Assembly: GCA_051362555.1 (NCBI GenBank)
Contig: CM120643.1
Location: 6,758,001 to 6,822,000 of the forward strand
Direction: 5' to 3'
DNA from: Lingula anatina
Taxonomy: Eukaryota > Animalia > Brachiopoda
DNA: 64,000 bases
Shown here: positions 23,956 through 36,030 of the stretch, in pieces
Position numbering within the stretch: position 1 is the first letter of the stretch
Layout of the letters: every line of letters begins with the position of its first letter
Notes under the pieces: generated by a model
The model's database searches: none
Told to the model about the DNA's origin: nothing
Seen by the model: only the letters and a program-made list of their open reading frames with translations
Translations under genes and position numbers: made by a program

Positions 23956-26900
23956 TTTGCTCATAATATGAAAATAAGATAGATAGATATCTTTCTTTAG
24001 TCACATTTATTAAAGGGATAATAATTAACTCTTTGTATGAGATCTATATTTTACAATAAAAACATTGTGAACAACTCATATATAATATAATATAATATAA
24101 TATAATATAATATAATATAATATAATATAATCTGTTTTACCTCAAAAACAGAAGTTATAGCTATTATTCTGATATCTGAGCTTGTCAGTGGACCATGTGA
24201 ACTCCATATATGGCTATACTCTGTAATATGAGATTATAACAAAAAAAAAAAAACAGGGACTAACTCTGAATGTAGAAATGGATTCATTAACCATTGGTAA
24301 GTATGGGAAAACTGTTGTCTACCCCAGGAAAATTCATTTTTTGGCCAAGACGAACAGTTATTATCCCAGTGATCAATTTGAATGTCTGTAGTGTAAATAT
24401 CAAAAAGATATATTGATAGGATTTCTTTCTGTTTTATTTTATTTCTTCTTTTTATTTTTAACAGCCATGGCCACAGTCAGAATTGTTTTAAAAAACAATT
24501 TATTGAAAGCAAAAGTGGTGGGCAGGGGAACTGCCCTTGGGGGATGGGACCCCCAGCGAGGAGTGAACCTGTCAAGGTTCACTGATATGGGAGTCCCATC
24601 TCTCAGGGCAGAGTATCTCCTGCCCAAGGGCTCAAATATGGTATGGAAATTCATTAAGCCACAAAATGTAAGTATGAAACTTTTTTTTTTTTTTTTTTTT
24701 TTTTACAAAATTAATGATCTGAGGTAAAAATGATAACCTTTCAAATTGAAAAGAAAATTTAAAGTCCAATACGTTTAAGTGTTTATTTATTCATACCTTC
24801 ATTCATTTCTTCTGGTGTATTTGATTTATCATTTATTGTATATATATATATATTAACATTTTACTTTTCATTTTAGACATTAACATATCATCAAGTAATT
24901 TATTTGTTTGTTTGTTTGTTTGTTTGTTTGTTTGAGTGTTTGTTTGTTTGTTTGTTTGTTCATTCGTTCATTTATTCATTCATTCATTCAGCCTTACCAC
25001 CCTGGGTCTGGCTGGACATGGGAGCCTGAACCCTTTAGGAACAGGTGCCTCCAGGTGACCACCAAAGACAGCATGGAAGTGACCTGTACTTGGGGAGAAC
25101 TGGACATGGAAATAAAAGGTGCTTGATCTTATAATTCTCTCTCATATAACCAATGGAAATCAAAGGTGAATAAACCTTTTAATTTTTTCATGCATAACAT
25201 ATTGAAATAATTATGATTTGATCCAACAATCCTATAAAGTATAACCTATGGGAAGAAATGATGAAATGGTCCTTTAATATTGCCAAATAAATTTTGGACT
25301 ATATTTTAATCTATATCATAACTTGTGAATAACAAATAAATGTGTCATCCTATTCCAGAGTGGGACTACATGTACAAGCCTGAAGTCCACACAAGTGGTA
25401 AGTCCACACCATTGCTCTATTCAATCAACTTGATGCATTTCTTAATCTTTTAGCAAGGATTTATGAAATATAATTACAACAACACCCTGACTCTCAGGGT
25501 GCAAGTCCAGACCCTCAGGGGCTGTTGACAATGAATTTGGAGACCTAGCTAATGTGCACTAACTCCATGGAAACTCTCACTGAATACAATCAGATTAACA
25601 GACTAACATGCTTCTTTTTGTCTCCAACATACTCCAACATACTCACATAAATGGTATTCCTTAATATTCAATTCTGTTCTTTCAGGTGATACTAAAGAAG
25701 AGAATAATGTAGCAATTGTTAAGACCCCAAGCATTGAGGAACTAGGTAAGGCTGGAATCTTAGTAAAATAATCATGAATTTTAATATACTTGCACACACA
25801 CATGCACTAACAAACACACATGCACATACACAAGTTGCAAGCATGTTGCTCAAGCAATGTCTATTTTTTAAAATACTTAAGAAGATAATTTATTTATTTT
25901 TAAGTCAATTAAATCTTTGAATGTGTCTTCATCAAAGTGTAATGGGCCTACTGAATCTTTTTTGAACATGCACAGATATAGAATGTGAAGTTTGTATTTT
26001 TAAATATTAAAATATTATTAAAATATCATTTTTTCTTTAGCTGATATCAAAGACACAAAGAGTATGTCAGATGCTGAGGGCAGATAGGAGAGAGGTAAGA
26101 CAGTAAGATCAATTTAACAGGTGTCCATTTAACACACTTAAAAAATTTACACACACACAAACAGGCTCCCAGGCACAAACAGCGGCAAATTGAGGCCATC
26201 TTCTGGGTCTTCTGGAAGATGGTCAGAATTTTACATTGATGGGGATTTAATTTTTTGTCAGAAGACAGTCCACAATGGAGGATGGATCAACAAACATAAT
26301 TTGCAAGACTGTCAGAAAATCTCTTTAGATCCGCCCCTTACAAACATTGTGTTTTTATTCCCTGTTCAGTGATCTAAATCTTTGAATACATCTTTGACTA
26401 TGGTATTGAATCCTTGTTGTGCATGGGCATGGGATGTTGAACTTGTGTTCCTTTTTTTCCTTCAGTTGATGTCAAAGACACAACAATTACTGTGACAGAG
26501 CTCGTGAAGGAGAGAGGTAAGACAGCAGGGACAATAGAATAGGGATCTATTTATTACATTGATGACACGTATACACACACACACAAAGGTACTGTACTTG
26601 CATGCATCTTCTGAAAAATTAAGGCTTTTGCTGTGTGTTGAACACACATAATGTTGTCTTGAAAATAAAATTAAATTCTGTTCTTTCAGTTGATACCAAA
26701 CTAAAAGACAAGAACAATGTAACACCTGTAAAGACCCAAAGTATTGAGGAGATAGGTACAAGAATCTCAGTTAAATAGTTATGACTTTTAATATACTTAT
26801 GAAACATGCATGCACACACACATACACTAACAAACACACATACACGCACATACACACCACAAGCATGTTGCTCCAGCAAAATCTTTAGCATACTTAAGAA

Positions 26901-27751
26901 GATAATTTATTTTTTAAGTCATTTAAATATTTGAATGTGTCTTCCATAAATTGTAATACTGAATCCTATTTGAACATGCACAGATAGGAAATGTTAAGTT
27001 TTTATTTGATATCATTTTTTCTTCAGACAATATCAAAGATACAAAGATTGAGTCAGATGCTGAGGGCATCAAAGAAAAAGGTAAGACAATAAGCTTAGGA
27101 CAATTTAATGGGAATTCATTTAACACACTTAAAAATGTAGACACACACAGATGGACTTTAGAGGGGAGACTCATGCACAAAAACTGAGTTTAAAATTCTC
27201 TGTTCAGTGATCTAAATCTTTGAATGTATCTATGACATTGTTAAGTAATGTATTGAATGCTTGTTGTGCACAGGTATGAAATGTTTAATTTGTTTTACTG
27301 TTTTTCTTCAGTCAGTATCAATGACACAACAACTGTGAAAGCAGACGTGAAGGAGAGAGGTAAGACAGTAGGGTCAATAGAATAGTAGGGTCAATATTTA
27401 TTACACTGATGGAATGTGATTGTGCATGTACACACACGCACACACACACACACACACACACTCCTTATGTTGTGCCAACACGGTTTGTGCTTTTGGCAAG
27501 TTTAAAATAATATTGGCAGAATTGTTTATTCCAAATACTGGTAAAAGTGTTTCATTGAAGCTTCATACATGAAATATGATGTTGCACTGACTCATTGAAC
27601 ATTTTATACTTTTACCTCTTAGCAAGGAGTTATAACTCCTTGCTCTTAGTAAGTATTATACATTTCAGCTCCAAAGAATCGCCGCCAATCTAGGTGGAGG
27701 AGGGTATTGAATCTGTTCACGTCTTGCTTCAGACGGAGGGCACGAACATAA
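23445..27751 (+). CDS. CBM20 (starch/glycogen-binding domain) protein with micro-exon repeat spacer; 12 coding exons, ~283 codons
   Basis: Exons reconstructed by hand with GT-AG introns and consistent phase: 23445-23462, 23780-23828, 24465-24667, 24992-25118, 25359-25397, 25686-25745, 26041-26094, 26466-26516, 26690-26755, 27027-27080, 27312-27359, 27669-27751 (TAA). Exons 3-4 give KVVGRGTALGGWDPQRGV...LPKGSNMVWKF...WTWEPEPFRNRCLQV...CTWG, matching the CBM20 motifs VxG..LG.W, LP..xKF and WE...NR. Exon 7 has an in-frame TAG at 26085-26087. Confidence 0.82.
23656..23717. mobile_element. 62-bp PIF/Harbinger-type MITE in intron 1 of the CBM20 gene
   Basis: TIR ggggcgtattctc / gagaatacggccc with a 3-bp TSD CAG. 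Confidence 0.65.
24170..24360. repeat. interspersed repeat, with an inverted copy at ~54670-54875
   Basis: ccccaggaaaattcattttttggccaagacgaacag is the reverse complement of ctgttcattttggccaaaaaatgaattttgctgggg (with mismatches). Confidence 0.7.
24465..24667 (+). CDS. CBM20 gene exon 3 (N-terminal half of the CBM20 domain)
   Basis: Polypyrimidine tract + acag acceptor and AAT|gtaagt donor. Lies inside ORF 24413..24727 and contains VVGRGTALGGWDP and LPKGSNMVWKF. Confidence 0.85.
24992..25118 (+). CDS. CBM20 gene exon 4 (C-terminal half of the CBM20 domain)
   Basis: ttcag acceptor and AAAG|gtgctt donor. Encodes PYHPGSGWTWEPEPFRNRCLQVTTKDSMEVTCTWGELDMEIK, including the WE...NR motif. Confidence 0.83.
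26180..26339 (+). mobile_element. CAG-ended MITE with 5-bp TSD (family B)
   Basis: TSD acaaa on both sides. Homologous to 50231-50396 and absent from the paralogous intron at ~27175. Confidence 0.75.
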
Positions 27752-27759
27752 ATGGTTAC

Positions 27760-27790
<31 letters not shown>

Positions 27791-28670
27791 TAAATAATTC
27801 TAAACACTTCAGACATTAAGAAATGAAGAAAAGTCAACAGTATTTTTAAAAGAATAGATTTATTATACATTTATAGAGAAGTTCTTTTTGTTTGTCTCTT
27901 TGTTTTGATGGTATCATAACTAAGTAAGCTTTCAGTTTTTTAGAGGAAAACTTAGTCAAACAGCTGGTAAAACTGTACATGAAAGCAGTAATTATATGAT
28001 AGCAGCCAGGAGCTGGTGGTTGTAGAGTTGCTGACAACATCTATTTACACCTAACTGAATGCACATTTTAACTGAATTACATTGTAATATTTTCATCTTT
28101 TATTTTTCAGGGTCGTCAGTGCAGAACTATCATTGCCTCTGTAGAAGCCAGTTAAAGCCTGCAAAATGTCATTCTCTTAATTTTACAATATGATATTAAA
28201 TTTTTGTAATCAGATGAGTTTTGTTTTTATTTTCTTAATTGAATACCATTAGGGAGGGGTGATCATAGTTCATGGGAAATAAAACCATTAATTTACAAAT
28301 CTCAGTAAACAAAACTTTATGCATATCTCACCAACAATGCTAGTTGAAAACTGTGAAAATTACAAATTACCAGGTATAAGGCTTAGTTTCACGAAGGGCA
28401 AAGAATAAAAAGCCACATTTGCGAGTCAGGAATGAGGTGCTTCACGGAATATTGACATTTCACGCATCTCTAGGAAATAAAAAGTGGCTTTTACGGTTAA
28501 CAAAATACTCAGTGGGAATCTTTTAATTAAAAAAGTTTGAAAAAGCAAAATAAAGCAATTTCTGTTTAAAGGCATTTGGGACTTTTATTGCAATAAATGA
28601 AGCACTACAATACGACTCAATTACTGATAACTTCACTTTCGATTTCATATTCCAGTATGTCCATGTTTAA

Positions 28671-28679
<9 letters not shown>

Positions 28680-28748
<69 letters not shown>
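28680..28748. repeat. (TA)n microsatellite
   Basis: Read directly from the sequence. Confidence 0.95.
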
Positions 28749-28753
<5 letters not shown>

Positions 28754-28849
28754 TCAAACTCCTATAGGAATTCACATGAAAAGTAAACTTACTTTAGGAA
28801 AAAAAAAACTTTTTTTAGATCACTTGCAAATAAGGATCCTGTTTTAGTT

Positions 28850-29280
28850 TATTTTTATAGATAATTATAATATTAAGAGTATTTTAACGTTTGAGCATCT
28901 GGTGGTTACAGTGGAGAAATGGGGAAAAAAACTTCTCAGTGTTATTAACACCGCCAGTAAAATAATTGGGAGAGATCTCCCCCAACTGGATGATATCTTG
29001 AAAGACAGAATGGTGAAAACGACAAAATGAATTATGGGGATCCCACCCATACAGGAAGTTCTCTTTTTAAATTCTCACCCAGCAATAGCAGACTGCTGAC
29101 TTTTAAGGGCAGTAAACGGTTTTAAGTAGGTCTCTCTATGTACAGTATTTTAATTAAACTTTTAGGCCTAGTTCATAATTTTTTATTGTCCAGTGTTTTA
29201 TTTTAGTTTTATCTCTCAAAGGATAACAAATGCCGATATTTATATTTTAATATTTTTATTGGCTGAATAAATTCTTACTT
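28850..29280 (+). mobile_element. Rex1/Babar-like LINE 3' relic
   Basis: IKSILTF...LLSVINTASKIIGRDLPQLDDILKDRM...DPTH motif (frameshifted), followed by AATAAA and a short tail. Confidence 0.65.
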
Positions 29281-29411
29281 TGTCTTACCATACTTGTACT
29301 ATTGCCATAGCCATGTTACATGTATTATCATAAAAAAATATTGTAAATAGCAGGAACAATCCCTTTGTTGTCATTTTTCAAAATGACTAAAGGATTTAAA
29401 ATATTTTACAG

Positions 29412-30965
29412 ACTGCTCTTCCCTGTTGCCAACGCTCTCAATATTCAGGTCTATCATATAAAATCAAGTATTTTATTGTATAAAATATAACATGTATAAA
29501 GCCAAAGACTTCGTCCAATAATCTAGCTTTGTTTAATACTGTGCAAGAACCCAAAATTAAGCTATAGTATGATCAAAATAGAAATATCAAGACTTCTTGA
29601 ACAAGATGGATCACATTAGAAATCTCCCCCCCCCCCCCCCCATCCTGCCCCCTTTCTACTGATACCATACAAATACTAGCCACCTCTCAAACAGCGTGGG
29701 TTGGAGTGTGAAGCAGGTCAAAAGCTCGGATATGCCATGTAAGGGTTCTTAGGGGAGATAGGTGATGTCCTTTTGCGTTTTTTTTTTTTATTATTCTGCC
29801 AAATTTGAGAAAAATAACAGTATCTTTCATGGCAATTAGTCAGTATAAATTCAGAAAAGTCGTTTCTTTCCTTTATCACATAATTCGTCAGATGAAGTTA
29901 AATACAACAAATTCCTAGAAAACCTTTACCCCCTCTTGTGAATGCGATATGTCGCCTGCAGAGCATCAGCGTCTGCCACCACGCTGGATGCTTCGCGATT
30001 CCCGGGAGCTGAACAGTTAACGCGGTCTGAAAAATTTTAGGGAGAGTCAGATGAAATAGAGAGAGACCGTGGCATCTATAAAGTTTTACATGGTGAAGCG
30101 GGAGTTGTGAGCTGGTTTTACTCTTTTCTTTAAAAGTTTGTAATATACTCTACCTTTTAGTTACTCTATGATACCAAAATATTTCGTTGGCATCTTAATA
30201 CATTTCCCCCTTCTGACTCCCCCTAAAACGGTCCACACTAAAAAATCAATAATCGTATGGCAATTTTATACAGGCAATTAACCTACTTTTATACCCATGC
30301 AGCTATCGACGAGTTTTATGGCTGAGGGGTGAAGACGTGATACACGTCTGTGATATAAAATTTATTTCTAATTACACAATTTACAATCAGTGCATATGAC
30401 TCAAAAGTGTCCCGATTTGTGAGCCTAAGGGGACATTACTTTTTGAAAGTAATGAAAAAACTGGAAACAAGCCAAAATCAGACAAAAATAATTTTTTCTC
30501 TTATATGCAAATTAGGTCCCATGAAGTAATATATGACTGGCCGGAAGTGATGTTCATATCAGAGATTTGTAATGATGATGATCTTAATGATAATTAATGA
30601 TGCTTAAAAAAATCTTATTAAAGTTTTCAGTTGTCATCTGGTGTGAAAGAAATTTTCTGCACTAACACAATCATTCCACAAGTGAAAAATAGATAGTAAA
30701 CGCGCCTCAGAGATGCACTGCATACGTCCCAGCTTTTGGGTGAAAATCGCACGCCTAAGATATTAGGTGATAATTATGATATACATGTTAAAATATGCGT
30801 ATCTAAGGCTTCCATTAAAATTTTGACTGCATTTCTATTTATCTGGTTCGACAAGAGTGGCTTTTATTGGGATATTTTCTTTCTCTTTTTTTAAGCGAAA
30901 ACAAGGCATAAAAGTCAAAATATTCAGAAGTAAAAAACGTTCAAAGTTTCAAATCTTCTTGGTCA
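29412..30965. repeat. ~1.6-kb interspersed repeat, copy 2 (same orientation as copy 1)
   Basis: Shared blocks include cctagaaaacctttaccccctcttgtgaatg, gactggccggaagtgatgttc and gcgcctcagagatgc. Confidence 0.8.
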
Positions 30966-33719
30966 CTCGTCGTGGTGGTTCACGGAGAAATTTTCAGACA
31001 ACTTACATTGGTATAAATTGATAATCATCCGACTACGCGCTTTTTAATTATGTTCGTGATACACATGTAAATCATGCTCAAAACCGCCTTGACTTGTGTC
31101 AAAATTACATTTTACATTAGACAATTACATTTTTGGATTGTGTCAAAATGTGTTTTTTAGTCTTCTCTTACTGTTTAAGTGCGGAAAACAGGCCTGTTTG
31201 TTGTAAATAAAGTTTAATATAAGCAACATTTGGATTTTTTACCTACGTAATTTTTTAAACAAAGTCAAGTTGTTCCGTTGTCTATGATCAAACTAACAAA
31301 TATCATATTCCATACATAGATATACTTTATAAACCTGTCTGCAGCTGCCACCACTTAAATTTCTCTGTTTAGGAAACTCGCTGATGTAAAGCATATGGTA
31401 CATATTTAAATACAGGTGTACATGTGCTTGTCTACATGTAGATACAGGTAATCTACATGTACAGGAAGAAGAAGGTCTTTTCGATATTTCGGCTACACGT
31501 AAGACTTGACGAAACACCCCTTGATGACTTTTATTTTATAAGTTTTTCTGTCTACGTGTACTTTGTGATAGCCCTGTAAAAATGTAAGCATGATTTAATT
31601 ATGAATTTTCGGAAAAAAACTAGTAGAATACTACGCAAAAATAAGTTAACACAAAAAGGAACAAAAGAAATAAGATGATTGATATATCCTTCCAAAACCT
31701 TTGCTGTTGCTTTCAACAGGATTTTTAAAATATTAAAATAGGAGGCGGTCTATCGATACTACACTGAAGGCATAGATCTGTAAATGTTTTTTTTTTTTTT
31801 TTTTTGTATCGAAATACTTTAGATGCAGCAGAATCATCATATCAAAAACACCAAAAAAAGTGATAACTCATATCCACCGGAGAAGTGTATTTTCATTTCA
31901 TTTCCGTTATTAGATCATAAATTTAATTCTCATGCCTAGATTACATTTGAAAAGCGTACTGCGCGATGAAATCCTAAACGAGTTTCCATGGGGTTTTTTA
32001 ATTTTTATTTTGCATCGTAAGTGGCTACGGGCTACGGCGAAGACGTTTACGTTACGAAACAGTGTTACTTTTTATACAGATAATAAGGAATTGAATCTTG
32101 AGATGGTCCAACCATTGTACTTCATATCTGCTCATTAATGACAAACTCCCCGCAATACTACTGGCACACAACAAGTAGACTGTCCTGTAGGTAGCTGCAA
32201 ATCAGTCAATGGTACACAATGCTTTAAGGACTTCTTTAAAGACTTCTGCTGCTGTTACACAGAGACGAAGTAAATATAAAAAATTGATGCATGTATCAGA
32301 CTATCTCAAAAATAGATTATTTACCAGAATAAAATGGGGATTGTTTTATTTATTATGACTTTTACATTAGACAGAGGTTAAACTGAACAGATGAACAGGT
32401 TCAATAATGCTGTATCATCCTCACCGGTCTTCTCTTGATGGATGACGGCGCCCTCCTTGTGAAAAATATTGAGTTGTTCCCAAAGAAAAACGCAAACCGT
32501 GTACTGGGGTTGCCAGACACCTTTTTTTTTCTAGACCTTCTTCATGCCATTTTCTTTAGTTTTTTTTTCTTTTACAGATCTTGTATCAGTGCCCCAACTT
32601 GAACATTCCCGGGCCCATCATAATACGTTGATAAAAAACGAATAAAGCAATGAAAGATTGGTGAGGGCACTTTCTACAATAAAACACCAACACTAAAAGT
32701 AATTTTTGCTCACTGTTGTCTTTTCCCCGTCATTCGTTTTAGTCTAAATCATCATTTTGTGCATTGTCTTCAAATATTCATGAAGCCCAGATTTTGGTAG
32801 AGGAGCAACTGCCGCAATGAAGCCCACGCAATCCTCTAGCTAATTTCATTTACGAGCACACTTACCACATCGTCACCATAATAACAATATAAGCTCTTTC
32901 TGTAAAATAGCAAAATTTCTGTCCACATTCAAATGATTTTGTGAGAATGAAAACATCAATTGAATAACATGACTATAAACCAATATCTCATAACATTGGT
33001 TTATAGTCATGTTATTCAAATGATTTTGTAAGAATGAAAACATCAATTGAATAACATGACTATAAACCAATGTTATGAGATATGGTATGTTTAACCTGAA
33101 GCTAGGGGATGAACAAGGACAGTGAGAAGTCGTTCTCTGTAATGGGTTCCTGACCACTCCTCTAGGCCCAACCTTATCAGCAAAATACGTCAGGGGGTGT
33201 TCCATGCCAAGTAAGTGTCTCGTCTGTCAAGCTGCAGGCAAATATGACATCAGTGCAAACACTGAATCGCCGAGTAGGAGAAGGGGTTGGAGGCAACGAA
33301 AAAATCACTCACTTGAAGTTGGCCATCGACTGACTGGGGTCTCGGTCCTTGATGCAATGTATCAAGAACTTGTTTATAAATATGTAAAGTGGTAAAGAAA
33401 TGAACAAGGCCCATCATCCTCTTCTCCGCTAAGAACTGACGTGGCTAAAAATGTAAGGGCGGGGTGGGGGAGGGGAATAGGCTCCTATGGGGACAGGAGT
33501 GGGTCACATTTTTTGTCTACTACAAGGCTAGGGGTGGACCCCAAAAATTGAGCCAATTGGGCAACAAGCTAACTAAGCTTTATCTTAGGCACCAACTATG
33601 ATACACTTGAAGTATAACAACCTGAAAGAAGTCTGTGTTTTGTGTCCGGGTCTTCATTTGTACAAGCATTATTTAGAACAAACAACAAAAATTACTTGTA
33701 GCTATTAAAGAATAGTTTT

Positions 33720-34340
33720 TGAAATTTTTTTTATTTTTTTTAAATTTTTTTATTTATTTTTTTTTTTTATTCACGAAAATTACAACACAATGAGAGACAA
33801 AGACACTTTCCACCATTCACGAACTGCAAAAAAAGTTCTTACAAATGATTAAAAATACATGTAGAATTTTTTTAAATAAAGGAATCTTAGTAGGCCTAGG
33901 CCATGACAAATGTTCTTTCCTATTCATATAAATATTTTTTCTACACATTCCCATTTTTTCTTAGATCATCTGCCTTTTGAGGACCCAGTAGGTATAAAGA
34001 CTGAATTCTATTTTCTTTTGCTTTTCCAAATACTTTTTGCAGCATTCCAGAGAGGTGTAATTTTATTCTGTCTACATAGAGTTAAATATTTCTTTATATA
34101 AAGAAGTAGTAGATTAATACCTAAGAGGGGGCTGTCATCCAGGATTCCAAATATAAACAGGCAAGGTTGTTGTTGTAATTCAACAGAGTACTGTGTACGT
34201 AGGTTATGAATGAGATAAGTCCAAATAGCTTGACCATGTGTACAATCCCAGAAAATATGTAATAAAGTTTCTTTTGGGTCATTACAGAAAGTGCATCACT
34301 CATGTCCTAACATATTATATTTAAAAAGCATCGAATTCGT
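33720..34340 (-). mobile_element. L1/Tx1-type LINE 3' end
   Basis: CTFCNDPKETLLHIFWDCTHGQAIW zinc-knuckle, NLLLLYIKKY...KKWE, then AATAAA and an A-rich tail. Confidence 0.8.
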
Positions 34341-35479
34341 GAAATAAATTCTATGTAAAATTCTAAATTGCAATGTGAGAAGTTGATGATCATTTGTTTC
34401 TCGAAAGGACAAAGCATGAACTTGCTTCCACTAGTTTTAGGATTGACAGGCCGCGGATGCGAAGCTAAGCCTCTTAGTCTACCCCCTCCTCCACCCTCAT
34501 TGAAATATTGTGCTATTTCAGAGTGCGAACGGTGTCATTTGATACGGTTTAGAACTATAATTCAGCTGGTCAAAATTCTAATTTCAATAGTGTTTTTTTT
34601 TCAGAAATCAAAGGAGGGTGGAATCAGGACACTGAACTTTCACCTTCATCTTTATTATATTGATATAACCAGTAGAAAAATAACGATATGAAAGGCAAAT
34701 GAAGTCGTAAACAATATATCGTCAACACAGATTACACAAAAATTACCTTTTTCACTGGAAAAAAATTAAGCTTTGTGCCCATTTACAGTGTAATGTTAGT
34801 GTAGCATCTCTCTCTCTCTTTCTATCTGTGTGTGTGTGTGTGTGTGTGTGTGATATATAGAGCTGTATTCTGACATTAGAGGCTACAAAGAAAAATGTCA
34901 GCACGACAAAGGTGAAGCAAGTAAATTCAACATTTGTCTTCATCATTATTCCAGGACTTTAATCTCCTCCGAAATTACATTAATCTGCAAAAATTTGCCA
35001 AGTTTTGACAATTATTCGAGATTTTTTATTTTAGGCCAGCGAGTTCTTAGTAGGCCACCTTCTTGGCTGGACCCATTTAACCTCCTAAGGGGTAATATTC
35101 AGGGAAATTTCAGAAGAATGACTCCCTTTCTTAAAGTAACACATAAAGCCGTGTGAATATCTGTGCCAGCAGAAAAACTAACATTTATCTGTACAAAGCT
35201 CAGGAAAGGTTGCCATAGTTACTGTAGGTGCACAGGGAATAGGTGTAGTCTGTCTGTGACTTTGTTGCTTTTGAATGCGAGTACGTACGCGCGCTCGAGA
35301 GAGAGAGAGAGAGAGAGTACTTATTTAACGTTAGATCGTGGTATTACACTACAATGTAATATTTTTGACTTTTTTTGAAAAAAGGATGTCCTTTTTGAAT
35401 GTGGTAGCATCATTTTTGTAGAATGTGGCGTCACTTACAATGACCAGTTCGAAAGAAAGTTGAAATAACAAGATTTTGC

Positions 35480-36030
35480 AAATTAGATAGATAATAGATA
35501 ATAATTTATTAAACCAATAAAATACAAATGTATAACATCTGGAATTTTTTGCCCTGTAATAGCACCATTATTGAATAAAACTTTTTAAATGTACTAAAAT
35601 GAAATTACGTATTAGCGTTAAAAAGAGCTACTGCTGAAGGATAAAAGCTAGATAAAAATCGCTTACTGCCCTTAAAAACTAAAAGCCTTGAGTTACTGTA
35701 AAAATTTGAATAGGGTTTGAGCTGGATCAGTCATGATGGAAGCTGTTTTATTTTTAACCCCATCGAGATAAATGGAATGAATGGGAGTAAGATTCGTTCC
35801 AGTTACATTACCTGCCGTTTCAACAATCTTTTCTAGTTGTTTTTTATCCTCTACAGTTGCACGCCCATACCAAACAGTTACAGTGTAAATTAAAATACTT
35901 TTTCAAAACACATCTATAAAAGTTCGTTAAAATAGACACATTCCTGGTAAAAGCTTTCAATTTCCTTAAAAAGTACATTCGCTGTCTTGCCTTTTTAAAT
36001 CATTTTGTGAAGACACTCATCAATATAAAA
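35480..36030 (-). mobile_element. Rex1/Babar-like LINE 3' relic
   Basis: KKARQRMYFLRKL...SILIYTVTVWYGRAT...KQLEKIVETA...IMTDP; AATAAA followed by a (TATC)-like tail. Confidence 0.75.

Noticed and set aside
28111-28283. Possible non-coding last exon of the CBM20 gene
   Set aside because: Good acceptor, but the upstream donor after the stop is weak and there is no independent support; needs RNA data.
33090-33400. GC-richer minus-strand segments with plausible splice sites (also 32410-32480)
   Set aside because: All frames contain stops or give unrecognisable peptides; no supportable gene model.
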